A stretch of DNA of 64,000 nucleotides from a virus (taxonomy: Duplodnaviria; Caudoviricetes): the IMG/VR virus record IMGVR_UViG_3300043177_000122, positions 256,001 through 320,000 of that record. One strand, 5' to 3'. The position numbers and the translations under genes are program-made. Positions 1-9,293 of this stretch are shown piece by piece (position 1 is the stretch's first letter; each line of letters begins with the position of its first letter). A model generated the notes under the pieces. The model did not search any database. It saw nothing but the letters and a program-made list of their open reading frames with translations, and was not told the DNA's origin.

Positions 1-10
1 TAAACCTGGC

Positions 11-1732
11 GTGGGCCACCTTGTAACTGATCGATATGATTTTCAAAAACATATCGACGGTACAGATTTTAGGCAAGATGCGGATACAGTTGATTTAAAT
101 CCATCTATTACAATTGGTTCAACTGTAATTACTGATGTCCAAACTGCTATTGCTGCTTTAGCAGGTTCTATTATTGTTCCTTCAGTTCCAGATGCAACTA
201 CAGTTAGTAAGGGTGTTATTCAATTAGGTGGGGATTTATTTGGGTCCGGAACAACAGCTACTGCTCCTAAAGTAAGTGGTTTACAGGGGTTTCCAATTAG
301 CTCAACTACACCAGCTACAAACCAGGTTTTGACTTGGAACGGTGCTACATGGGCTCCGTCTGTTATCGTTAATGCTACATCTGCTGTTTTTGGAACTATT
401 AAACTATTAGGAGATTTGAATGGTGGAACAGCCTCATCTCCAGTAGTAACTGGAATTCAAACACGCCCCGTTAGTGCTGTAGCTCCCCTTACTGGACAAG
501 CACTAGTTTGGAATGGTTCTGTATGGATTCCTACTGGTATTCCAGCTACTCCCACTGGTACTGGATTTGCTACTTTAACCTCTGGTATATATGATGCTGC
601 TGCCACAGCTAATATCAGATATTTTGGTGGCAAGCTACAAACCGATGTTAACATTCAGTACAAAAATGGCGCTATAACTGGTGATTTATCTTGGACTCCA
701 ACTGGTGTGAACAAGACTATTACATTGCCAGATATCACTGACACTATTGTTACACTAACATCTACAGATACTTTAACTAATAAAACTATCAATGCAACTA
801 CCAACACTATAACTGATACGAGTGCTACTATTGGAGATATTTTAGCAGTAGTTGCTGGTACTAAATTTACCAGGCTTGCTAAGGGAGCTAATGGAACCTT
901 TCTAGGCGTTTCTGGTGGTGTTTTAGGGTATTATACACCATCTGGAAGTACTCCCACTGGTACTGGATTTGCTACAGTTACTGGTGGTGTGTTTGATGCT
1001 GCCGCTACAGCCAACATTAGATATACTGGCGGCAAGTTCCAAAGTGATGTTGCAGTACAATTTAAAAATGGCGGTGTTACTGGAGATTTATCTTGGGCGC
1101 CTACGATTTCTAATAAAACTCTAACACTACCAAATGCTAACGATACATTAGTAGCTCAAAATACAACAGAAGCGCTTACTAATAAAACTATTGTTGCGTC
1201 CTCAAATACTATCACTGATACTGGTACTGCGGTTGGTGATTTACTTATAAGTAATGGTACAAACTTTGTACGTTTTGCTAGAGGTTCAGCTTTACAAGTT
1301 TTGAGAACAAATACTGGTGGTACCGATTTAGAATGGGCTACCGTATCATTCCCAGCTTCAGAAGTGGTTATTTCTCAATCTGGAGCCGGTCAATTAAATA
1401 ACGTAGCTACTACTGATGGATCAGGTAATCCGGCCGCTATCATTAGGTTTACTGGTGATGGTGCTGCTACTGATATTCTCCTCAGTGGTTTAGTTGCTCC
1501 AAGTAATCCAAGCTCGGCCACTACAATTAGAAAAATTACTTTAGTTGCAACAAGTACTTCAAGGTTAATCTTGTCTAACGAAGATGCCAATAGCACCTCC
1601 ACTAATAGATTGCATTTTGGTGCCGCTATTTCACAATATATTGTAGGAGATGATGGATACGGAATTAATGTAATTTGGGACACAAGCACTCAAAGATGGA
1701 GACCAGTCATTCATTCCCAATCACTACCATAA
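11..1732 (+). CDS. Tail fibre-like structural protein with internal repeats (possibly 5'-truncated by the window edge)
   Basis: T/G/A-rich. Two KGVIQLGGDL/FGTIKLLGDL...VLTWNG repeats typical of phage fibre proteins, then a 134-aa tandem duplication. The frame is open upstream of the GTG at 11. Confidence 0.65.
   Translation: MGHLVTDRYDFQKHIDGTDFRQDADTVDLNPSITIGSTVITDVQTAIAALAGSIIVPSVPDATTVSKGVIQLGGDLFGSGTTATAPKVSGLQGFPISSTTPATNQVLTWNGATWAPSVIVNATSAVFGTIKLLGDLNGGTASSPVVTGIQTRPVSAVAPLTGQALVWNGSVWIPTGIPATPTGTGFATLTSGIYDAAATANIRYFGGKLQTDVNIQYKNGAITGDLSWTPTGVNKTITLPDITDTIVTLTSTDTLTNKTINATTNTITDTSATIGDILAVVAGTKFTRLAKGANGTFLGVSGGVLGYYTPSGSTPTGTGFATVTGGVFDAAATANIRYTGGKFQSDVAVQFKNGGVTGDLSWAPTISNKTLTLPNANDTLVAQNTTEALTNKTIVASSNTITDTGTAVGDLLISNGTNFVRFARGSALQVLRTNTGGTDLEWATVSFPASEVVISQSGAGQLNNVATTDGSGNPAAIIRFTGDGAATDILLSGLVAPSNPSSATTIRKITLVATSTSRLILSNEDANSTSTNRLHFGAAISQYIVGDDGYGINVIWDTSTQRWRPVIHSQSLP
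548..1350 (+). repeat. In-frame tandem duplication, 402-nt period
   Basis: ACTCCCACTGGTACTGGATTTGCTAC occurs at 548 and 950. The TPTGTGFAT...DAAATANIRY...GDLSW...TLTLP...LTNKTI block is repeated. Confidence 0.85.
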
Positions 1733-1806
1733 TATTGTTTAAGTTTCTGTTTTCCATATCAATTCTTCCACATATCATAAAGAGTTTTACTCTTGTAAGG
1801 AGTACT

Positions 1807-2259
1807 ATGGATACGTTACTACAGGCCTTTTTAAGTTGGCAATTTCTATTTTTCTGTCTTGCAATTGGTGCCGTTGTATTTGTTGTAAGACAAGTAGTTG
1901 AATATGGTATGGAAAATTGGTGGCCATTGAAACAGTGGAAAGCCGCTAATAGAGATGCAAAGCTCTGGAGAAGCTTAATCCTTCCAATTCTACCAATCCT
2001 TCTAGGACAAGTAGGCGCCCTCTTAGCTAAAGGATATCCTTATCCTGAAGGATTTTCTTCTACTAGCGGAAGAGTGGTTTTTGGTCTAGTAGCTGGATTT
2101 ACATCTGGTTTAGTTGTTAGATTGTTTAGATCTTTCTTGGGTGATAAGATTTCGGAATTTAAAAATAATATTACAAATAGAATGAAGCAAAATAGTACTG
2201 AAGAACAATATAATTCAGATGTTCCACAAGAAGAAGTTCCACAAAGAGGTCAACCATAA
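1807..2259 (+). CDS. Membrane protein with about 3 TM helices, holin-like
   Basis: Start moved from 1675 to ATG 1807 behind AAGGAG. Hydrophobic segments FLFFCLAIGAVVFVV, LILPILPILLGQVGALLA and VVFGLVAGFTSGLVV, followed by a charged C-tail. Confidence 0.5.
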   Translation: MDTLLQAFLSWQFLFFCLAIGAVVFVVRQVVEYGMENWWPLKQWKAANRDAKLWRSLILPILPILLGQVGALLAKGYPYPEGFSSTSGRVVFGLVAGFTSGLVVRLFRSFLGDKISEFKNNITNRMKQNSTEEQYNSDVPQEEVPQRGQP

Positions 2260-2288
2260 CTAAGATTTAGTTATATAATTGGTGAAAT

Positions 2289-5200
2289 ATGAGTAACTAT
2301 CCAAACGGTTTTGATGATGACTCAACCTTACCGGTTGTAAATGACAATCTTACAGAAATTGGTGGCGATGCCATCAATGCTTTGCGAGATGCTGTCTTTC
2401 AAATAGAGCAAGCACTAGGTCTAAATATTGCTGGAGTTGCTCCATCATTAGCCGCACGTTTAGGTGTATTTATTAATCCAGATGGTACACCAAACGCATC
2501 AGTTCTAACTAGCTTAGGATTGGTTACTCTACCAATTAGAAATGACCAAATTGTTGAAGCAGCCGGTATTCCAGAATCTAAACTACGTCTTGATTTTAGA
2601 ACTCAAGACTTGTTCAACTATATTAGAGATTTATCATTAGATATTAATGCTACACTTGGTTGGATTAATACTCAAGGCATCAAACTTGAACCACATCTTA
2701 TTGGTGCAATTTATCGTCATACGATGGATCAAATTGATGTAAGTGCTAGTACTTCTGGGTTTTTGTCAAATGTGTTCCGTACACTTAGAGATAATACCCA
2801 ATCATATACTCTCGTAAAAGATATAAATGCAGAACTTCTAGCACATCAATGGGCTGACGGATCTCCGTTTGGTGTTGAAAAGAATATTGTAACCAACAAT
2901 GGTTCTATTTACACAACAGATTTTGCTCACGTTGGTAGTGGTATTTTTATCAATCCAAGTAGATTTAATAACATACCACAAACTCTAGATAACTTACAGT
3001 TATTTGCTGAATTTATTGATAGTGCAAGTATTTTCTTGTTAGGTACTAGAATTCAGAATTTATATTCTGCAGGCATCTCTAGAGTATCAGAGTCTTCCAA
3101 TTTAACTGTAGATGGATACGGACAATTCTTAGTACCACCCACTGCTGCTAGTGCATTTTTACTGAACGTTGGAAATGCAAGCGGTCCATTTGATGATATC
3201 AATACTGGTGATGACATCGTAGTATTCAATCCATCATCTGCATTACAGGCTAACAATTATTTTGATTCTTTATTTGCGTTGGTTAAACCGGGTGATATTA
3301 TCAGGGTACATTATGGTGATGGTTATAATATTGAAGTTCCATATGTAATTAGAGAAAAGAAGTATAATCCGACTGTTGGTAATAAAAAGTATGCAGTTAG
3401 AATTGCTGGCAAGAATCAAGCTTATTCACCAAATGCTATTGCTAGAATTGATAAACCTTTAGCGAACAATAATAAGTATGGAGAATTATCTATTTCTCCA
3501 GTTAATAATCAATTCAGCGCCACACCAAGCTTGATTATTAACAACCCGCGTGGAGCGCAGGCTACTGGTGTTGGATTTGCTCCAGATCAATTTGATGAGA
3601 CGCACTATTTACTATACTTAGCATTTTACCCAACTGGTCATGCTGTTGATGGTTATGTTTTCTTGCCAGGAATTGATGTAACTGGAAATCAAGGCACTAC
3701 ACCAGGAGCGTATACTCTTGAATCAATTGTTCAGGCTACAAATAATGCCTTCCGCAAAGTAGGATACAATTACAGATTTACTGCCTTTTCTTCAGGTGGT
3801 GAATTTGGTATTTGTCTGGCTGATTCTTATAACAATAGCGCATTTTCTATCATAAGCACAGCTATTGCTCCAGATGGCTCAATTGATACATTAAGTAACA
3901 ATATTAATTTCCCGAAGAATGTTATTTCCATTGTGCCAACAGTAGGAACTGTGGCTGCTGATCCATTAGGGTTTGGACCAACTGGCTCTGGTGTAGCAAG
4001 CCCTCCATTTATGACTTCTTACGGCTCATCTGCTGCCGCGTTGAACCCAACTAAATTGTTTATTCCTCTTAGAAGAAATAACTATTATGTCAATGGTTCT
4101 GAAACAGAAAGATTAGCAAAAGAAGACTCACAAGCCTTGGATGGATATGGAGATGGTTATTGGGTGGCCACCGTACAAGATATTCAGGTACAACCTGGTA
4201 GAGTACAAACTACTTATCGTATTCCTCTTAATTTAGATACCTCTGGGTTAAAAATTGGAAAAACTATCGTTGTTCAATCTCTAGGGGCTGGCAACTTAGT
4301 GGATTTTGGGCGCTATATTATTCAGTCAGTTAATATAAATTGTGCTACTAACGTTTATACAGATATTACTGTTTATGACTCTGTCCATGCTAAAGGATTT
4401 TCACCCACATCTACTTTACAGCCGTTTTCCCAAGTTGCTGTCTATTTTGGATCTGATTCTGTTTCGTTCAGCACTGAATCTTCGACCGATTACACGGTTG
4501 TTACTCCATTCAAGAGACATTTTGAAGTATATGTAGACCAGAATGGTAAAACATTTACTCATGAACGTGGCAGATTAACTCTTGCCGGTGGTAACATAAC
4601 CGTTAATGGCACTACTTTATATGGATATTCACAGCTTAACAAACTAGATATTGTAACTATCTCTCCTAAATTAAGAGGATATCAGTTCGGCTCAGTAAAC
4701 AAAATTTCTTTGAGAATGTTTAGTTTCTCAAGCACTACTGGTGTGTTTGATGGATATCTAGCATCTTATGATGGAACTAATTTTACTCATTTTGGTCCGC
4801 GTACACAGGGTAAGAAGGGTGATGTCATTAGATTTTATGATGAGACTCATGTTGACTATATTGATGTTGTTATGGACCCAAATACAGTCATTACTGATTT
4901 CTCTGATCAAATAATAGATTTCCAACTGTTCCCAACTCTTCAATTAGATACTGAATTAATGTTAATTGGAACGTGTCAAGTTAACGATACTACACAGACA
5001 GTTAGCAAAATTGTAGATAGACGACAATTTGGAAATACTAGTGAAAAAGACCTTAGTGATTCAGTGTTTGACTACATGGCAGTGCCAGAAAAACTACTAC
5101 ACTCTAATGGAGTTATTCGTGGTTTTGATATTTTCAACGTATATGATGGCGCTGCCGGTATCATTAATTTCACAGGAGGTGTAGTTCTAGTTGATGGGAA

Positions 5201-6827
5201 AATTATTGACATCAATAATGATTCACTCTCAATACCTTTTGTTCAGGAACAGTATAATTTTAACAACTATGATGTAAACTGGGCAGTCTGTATAAATAAG
5301 AGTGGTGATTATGATGCTATTCCATTATTGGACTTTGACGCCAGCCTTGGAAATCCAAGCAACACTGCCAGAACATTTACTGCATTTGATGTAGTAAGCT
5401 CTACTTCATATGTAATACCAGCAACTACATTCTCAGATTTAATTAACAAAAGAACAGATTTAACTATTCTATACATAGTATCTTCATTTGTTTCTGGTTC
5501 TGGTACATCTGCTACCATCTCATTACAATCTGTAGATGCTAGAAAGTTCATCTATAAAAAAGATTGGGGCGAGATTGCTACATTTTGTGTTGATGCAAAT
5601 AATGGTGAGTTTAGAACATTTGATGCTTTAGAAACATGGATTAACTTTAATTCAAAATACAATAGTTTAATACATGTCAAAGGTACATTTACTGATATAC
5701 CAACTTCACTTACATACAATAATCCAGTAAGATTTGTTGGTGACGGTACAACGGTATTTAGCCCAATTAACTCTCTCTCGGTTCTAAATGTTGAGTTTAG
5801 AAATATTACATTAAATGTTAACACATTTGATTTTAATGGTGCCCCAATGGATAGATGCATCATTAATTTCAATCCAACTCCAAGTGGACATTTAGTTACA
5901 TTAAACACATTAATTACTAATACCACAATTAATTTTTCTGGTAGTGGTGGCCCAATCAATTTCTTAGCTAATACTAGACTAGAGAATGTAACGATCAATA
6001 TTACGGGCTCTAATGAAATGGTTACACTAAGTGGTTGTATAGCTAAAGACTGTACATTTAATGTAACTGGTACCAACTGTACGCTAACAATTGATTCTAA
6101 TGCTATTGTTGATGCATGTACATTTAATTTGAATGTAAGTAGTACAACTTGGAGTGTTCTAGGCACCATGACTAACAGTACTGTAAACTTCAATGCTGTT
6201 GGTACTCAGCTTCCTATTACTGCAAGCAGCTCTTCTACTACAGGATTTAATTTCTCTGGGAATAGACTTATTGTTAACTCTGCCTCCACACCACCAAGCT
6301 CTATTGTATCTGTAGTAAATGGATCTAACGGCAATATAGTTGATAACTTTTTCTTTAGATCTGGAACAACGCTTACCAATGGATATATTTTAGCACCGGC
6401 AACAGGAACGGTATCTGTTGTTGGAAACTTCTTTGATAGCACCACCTATAATGGTACTGACCTTAATTTAGTTAAGAATCTACCATTAACATGGGTTTAT
6501 AGAAGTAATTTAAATACTCCAACTATGGTAAATCTACGTAGAATTACCGGTGGTAGCACATATACTGTCGTTCCAGTTGATCATGTTTTGTCTTTTGATT
6601 TAACAAGCAGTGCTATGACAGTTAATTTACCGTCAGTTAGTTTGGGCCCACCAGGTCGTACACTAGTTATTAAAGATGCTACAGGTAACGCAGATATTAG
6701 GCCAATTACATTAGTTAGAGCTAATTCAGACGAAACTATCGAAGGTTTAGCAGCAAATTATGTGTATAATATTCCATTCGGATCTATTACATTAGTAGCA
6801 GATTCTGGTGGATGGGTTATAATATGA
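2289..6827 (+). CDS. Large virion fibre/appendage protein (1512 aa)
   Basis: N-terminal YPNGFDD...GDAINALRDAVFQIEQALG motif of fibre/whisker proteins. Beta-helix-like N/T/I-rich region near the C-terminus. Fibre-tip-type end (TVNLPS...RTLVIKDATG...ITL...ETIEG). Confidence 0.65.
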   Translation: MSNYPNGFDDDSTLPVVNDNLTEIGGDAINALRDAVFQIEQALGLNIAGVAPSLAARLGVFINPDGTPNASVLTSLGLVTLPIRNDQIVEAAGIPESKLRLDFRTQDLFNYIRDLSLDINATLGWINTQGIKLEPHLIGAIYRHTMDQIDVSASTSGFLSNVFRTLRDNTQSYTLVKDINAELLAHQWADGSPFGVEKNIVTNNGSIYTTDFAHVGSGIFINPSRFNNIPQTLDNLQLFAEFIDSASIFLLGTRIQNLYSAGISRVSESSNLTVDGYGQFLVPPTAASAFLLNVGNASGPFDDINTGDDIVVFNPSSALQANNYFDSLFALVKPGDIIRVHYGDGYNIEVPYVIREKKYNPTVGNKKYAVRIAGKNQAYSPNAIARIDKPLANNNKYGELSISPVNNQFSATPSLIINNPRGAQATGVGFAPDQFDETHYLLYLAFYPTGHAVDGYVFLPGIDVTGNQGTTPGAYTLESIVQATNNAFRKVGYNYRFTAFSSGGEFGICLADSYNNSAFSIISTAIAPDGSIDTLSNNINFPKNVISIVPTVGTVAADPLGFGPTGSGVASPPFMTSYGSSAAALNPTKLFIPLRRNNYYVNGSETERLAKEDSQALDGYGDGYWVATVQDIQVQPGRVQTTYRIPLNLDTSGLKIGKTIVVQSLGAGNLVDFGRYIIQSVNINCATNVYTDITVYDSVHAKGFSPTSTLQPFSQVAVYFGSDSVSFSTESSTDYTVVTPFKRHFEVYVDQNGKTFTHERGRLTLAGGNITVNGTTLYGYSQLNKLDIVTISPKLRGYQFGSVNKISLRMFSFSSTTGVFDGYLASYDGTNFTHFGPRTQGKKGDVIRFYDETHVDYIDVVMDPNTVITDFSDQIIDFQLFPTLQLDTELMLIGTCQVNDTTQTVSKIVDRRQFGNTSEKDLSDSVFDYMAVPEKLLHSNGVIRGFDIFNVYDGAAGIINFTGGVVLVDGKIIDINNDSLSIPFVQEQYNFNNYDVNWAVCINKSGDYDAIPLLDFDASLGNPSNTARTFTAFDVVSSTSYVIPATTFSDLINKRTDLTILYIVSSFVSGSGTSATISLQSVDARKFIYKKDWGEIATFCVDANNGEFRTFDALETWINFNSKYNSLIHVKGTFTDIPTSLTYNNPVRFVGDGTTVFSPINSLSVLNVEFRNITLNVNTFDFNGAPMDRCIINFNPTPSGHLVTLNTLITNTTINFSGSGGPINFLANTRLENVTINITGSNEMVTLSGCIAKDCTFNVTGTNCTLTIDSNAIVDACTFNLNVSSTTWSVLGTMTNSTVNFNAVGTQLPITASSSSTTGFNFSGNRLIVNSASTPPSSIVSVVNGSNGNIVDNFFFRSGTTLTNGYILAPATGTVSVVGNFFDSTTYNGTDLNLVKNLPLTWVYRSNLNTPTMVNLRRITGGSTYTVVPVDHVLSFDLTSSAMTVNLPSVSLGPPGRTLVIKDATGNADIRPITLVRANSDETIEGLAANYVYNIPFGSITLVADSGGWVII

Positions 6828-6837
6828 AAGGTATAAA

Positions 6838-7932
6838 ATGAGTAGCCCTAGACTTTTCAAACAATTTTTCAGCACACCAACCTCTGTATTAGGGGCAGGG
6901 GGAATTCTTTACACAACAGTAACGTCAGCATCAAATAACGTTGTATTGCCAACTGGAACAATTAATGTTACTTCTACCTCTGGATTTCCAACTAGTGGAC
7001 AGATAGGCGTACAAGTTATCATTAATTTTTCTTATGCTTATGTGACAGTTAGTTACACTGGAATTACAGCTACTAGTTTTACGGGTTGTACAGGTGGTAC
7101 TGGTACTATGGTTACTGGTTCTCAAATTGGTGCAATTGGTTCAATTATAACTGGTACATGGACTTGTCCAGCGGGTATTAAGTATGCTATTGTTACTGGG
7201 TGTGGCGGTGGTGGAGGTGGAGGCGGTGGTGCTAGCTCATCTGGAAGAAGCATTACTTATTTTGCAGGTGGAGGCAGTGGAGGACACCCAGCACCTACGT
7301 TAACCCAAATAATTTCTGTAACACCCGGTGTTACTTATACAATTTCTGTAGGTCAGGGAGGTATCGGGGGAACTTCCAACTGTGTAGCTAATATTGTAAG
7401 CCCATCTGGTGGTGGTACAAAACCAGGAAATCCTGGTTCAGACGGATCTTCTAGTATATTCGGCTCTACTATTTTCCCTGGTGGGAAAGGTGGTAGAGAA
7501 GGTCAATTGATTTCAATCAATACTCTTACATTTCCAGTAGGGGCTGACTGTGCTAATGCGGCTTTCTCTGGTGCTACGAACCCAACTCCACAAAATATCC
7601 AAATGGCAGCAGAACGTGCACCTTTTACTCCATTCAATGCTGTACAGGGTATAGCTCATGCTGTTAACCGCGCCCCTAACCAGTATTCGTTGTCTGGCGG
7701 AGGAACTGCTGGAGGGGTATCTAACAATGTTTTGTCAACTGCTGGAAGTGGCGGACAAGGCGCACAAGGATTTGATGGATATCCATTCGCTGGCTATGGA
7801 GGTAATGGTACCTATGGTGGCGGTGGCGGTGGTGCAGGTGGTGGTGAAAACTGGGACTATAATAACACCCATGATGGTGGTCTCGGTGGCTGGGGAGGAT
7901 CCGGCTTTATTGAAGTTGCATGGATGGCATAA
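6838..7932 (+). CDS. Glycine-rich tail-fibre-associated protein
   Basis: WTCPAGIKYAIVTGCGGGGGGGG...VTPGVTYTISVGQGG...GGSGFIEVAW is the pattern of phage Gly-rich domains. Confidence 0.7.
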   Translation: MSSPRLFKQFFSTPTSVLGAGGILYTTVTSASNNVVLPTGTINVTSTSGFPTSGQIGVQVIINFSYAYVTVSYTGITATSFTGCTGGTGTMVTGSQIGAIGSIITGTWTCPAGIKYAIVTGCGGGGGGGGGASSSGRSITYFAGGGSGGHPAPTLTQIISVTPGVTYTISVGQGGIGGTSNCVANIVSPSGGGTKPGNPGSDGSSSIFGSTIFPGGKGGREGQLISINTLTFPVGADCANAAFSGATNPTPQNIQMAAERAPFTPFNAVQGIAHAVNRAPNQYSLSGGGTAGGVSNNVLSTAGSGGQGAQGFDGYPFAGYGGNGTYGGGGGGAGGGENWDYNNTHDGGLGGWGGSGFIEVAWMA

Positions 7933-8312
7933 TGAAATACATTGCATATAAAACGGCACAAAACGACCCTAATTTACCAAACGGGTTTATTACTGAGCAT
8001 TTTGAAACAGATCAAGAAACTTTAGAAGGATATAATGTTGTTTCTTTAGAAGTTTTTAATGCAATATACCAAAATAATGTTGCTCTTGTTAGAGCCGCGG
8101 AAGCAGCTAGAGGAATTGTCCCTCAGCATCCGGGCCTACCAACTCCATTAATTAGACCAGCTTCTGATGTTGAACAAGTCCCTGCAAATTTTGTTCCGCC
8201 ACCTACTCAAGCTCCAGGATTACCACAATCAGTTGATCCAAACAATCAAGAACTATTTAATCAGTTTTTGGCCTGGGTAGCTGCTGGAAAGCCTTCAGCT
8301 AGTAACACATAA
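7932..8312 (+). CDS. Hypothetical protein (possible fibre assembly factor)
   Basis: ATG overlaps the upstream stop (TAATG), so the start is moved from 7920. Pro/Gln-rich C-terminal half. Confidence 0.55.
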   Translation: MKYIAYKTAQNDPNLPNGFITEHFETDQETLEGYNVVSLEVFNAIYQNNVALVRAAEAARGIVPQHPGLPTPLIRPASDVEQVPANFVPPPTQAPGLPQSVDPNNQELFNQFLAWVAAGKPSASNT

Positions 8313-8326
8313 TTTGACATTTATAT

Positions 8327-9154
8327 ATGTCCTCTAATAATTTCTTTAGATCAGATCTCTTTGGAATATACAATATCATCCAAGCTTCGATGATTGTTTA
8401 TCCTAAAGAAATCATCATTGCAACATTGCGTGATTTCTTTTCTAAGGATAGCTATTATCACTTCTCAAAGGATCAATGGGGATTTCCTAATACAGTAGAT
8501 CACACAGATCTGCCTCCAGGAGCAGATTTACCACACGGTCCCGGTGCCCACCCGGAACTAAACCCTAATCCGATTCTACCAACTCGTCTTTTTATTGGTG
8601 AGAATTATCGTTATGACGGTATTTTTTATCCAGCAATTTTAGTTAAGAGTGGTGGCAGTCGTTATGTTCCTATTTCTATTAATCGCGATCAGGGTATGGT
8701 CAAATATGATAATATCTTATATGTTGATGGATATGGTAATGAAACAATTGTCAGAAAACCAATTGCCTTTTGTACCTCTGGTGTTTGGGAAGGGTCGATA
8801 ATTATTGATGTAATGAGTCGCAGTTTAAGAGCTAGAGATGACTTAGTAGAATTGATTGGAATGTGCTTTACAGAAGTACATTTTGATACTCTTCATGAAA
8901 TAGGAATTGTAGTCAAACCAATTTCAATTGGTGCCCCATCTGAAACAGATGACCGAGTTGATAAGTTATTTAGGCAAAGTCTAACGTTAGATATAAGAAC
9001 TGAATGGGCAAGAGAAATACCGATTTCAAATACAATCGATGCCATTCTCTTTACAGCTAGTTTTGGTGATTTGTCAGCGCCAAACAGTCCATTAGCCGCT
9101 AACTTGACGGTGAATACAGAAGTAAACACCTCAGATATGCTACTAAAACTGTAA
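8327..9154 (+). CDS. Tail terminator / neck-completion-like protein
   Basis: Lies immediately before the sheath. IIIDVMSRSLRARDDLVELI...FRQSLTLDIRTEW fits the alpha/beta pattern of tail completion proteins. Confidence 0.55.
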   Translation: MSSNNFFRSDLFGIYNIIQASMIVYPKEIIIATLRDFFSKDSYYHFSKDQWGFPNTVDHTDLPPGADLPHGPGAHPELNPNPILPTRLFIGENYRYDGIFYPAILVKSGGSRYVPISINRDQGMVKYDNILYVDGYGNETIVRKPIAFCTSGVWEGSIIIDVMSRSLRARDDLVELIGMCFTEVHFDTLHEIGIVVKPISIGAPSETDDRVDKLFRQSLTLDIRTEWAREIPISNTIDAILFTASFGDLSAPNSPLAANLTVNTEVNTSDMLLKL

Positions 9155-9234
9155 AATACTGTGGCTGAATAGGGTCAAATTGAAAAGTTTAAGACACCGT
9201 AAGTCAACAAAATGTGCTAATATAGCGTCAAGGA

Positions 9235-9248
9235 TAGTAATATTACTA
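9235..9248. promoter_or_regulatory. Perfect 14-bp palindrome upstream of the sheath gene
   Basis: TAGTAATATTACTA in the 139-nt intergenic gap. Confidence 0.35.
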
Positions 9249-9293
9249 CATTTTAGTGATACAATCCACAAAACCGAGTGAGAAGGATTTAAC

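Noticed and set aside
548-1350. Repeat pair as a diversity-generating retroelement TR/VR
   Set aside because: Both copies are in-frame coding, the differences are not adenine-specific, and no reverse transcriptase is in the window.
5552-6193. 213-aa minus-strand ORF and the many other antisense ORFs in the track
   Set aside because: They lie wholly opposite long + strand genes, have shadow-like composition and show no motifs.
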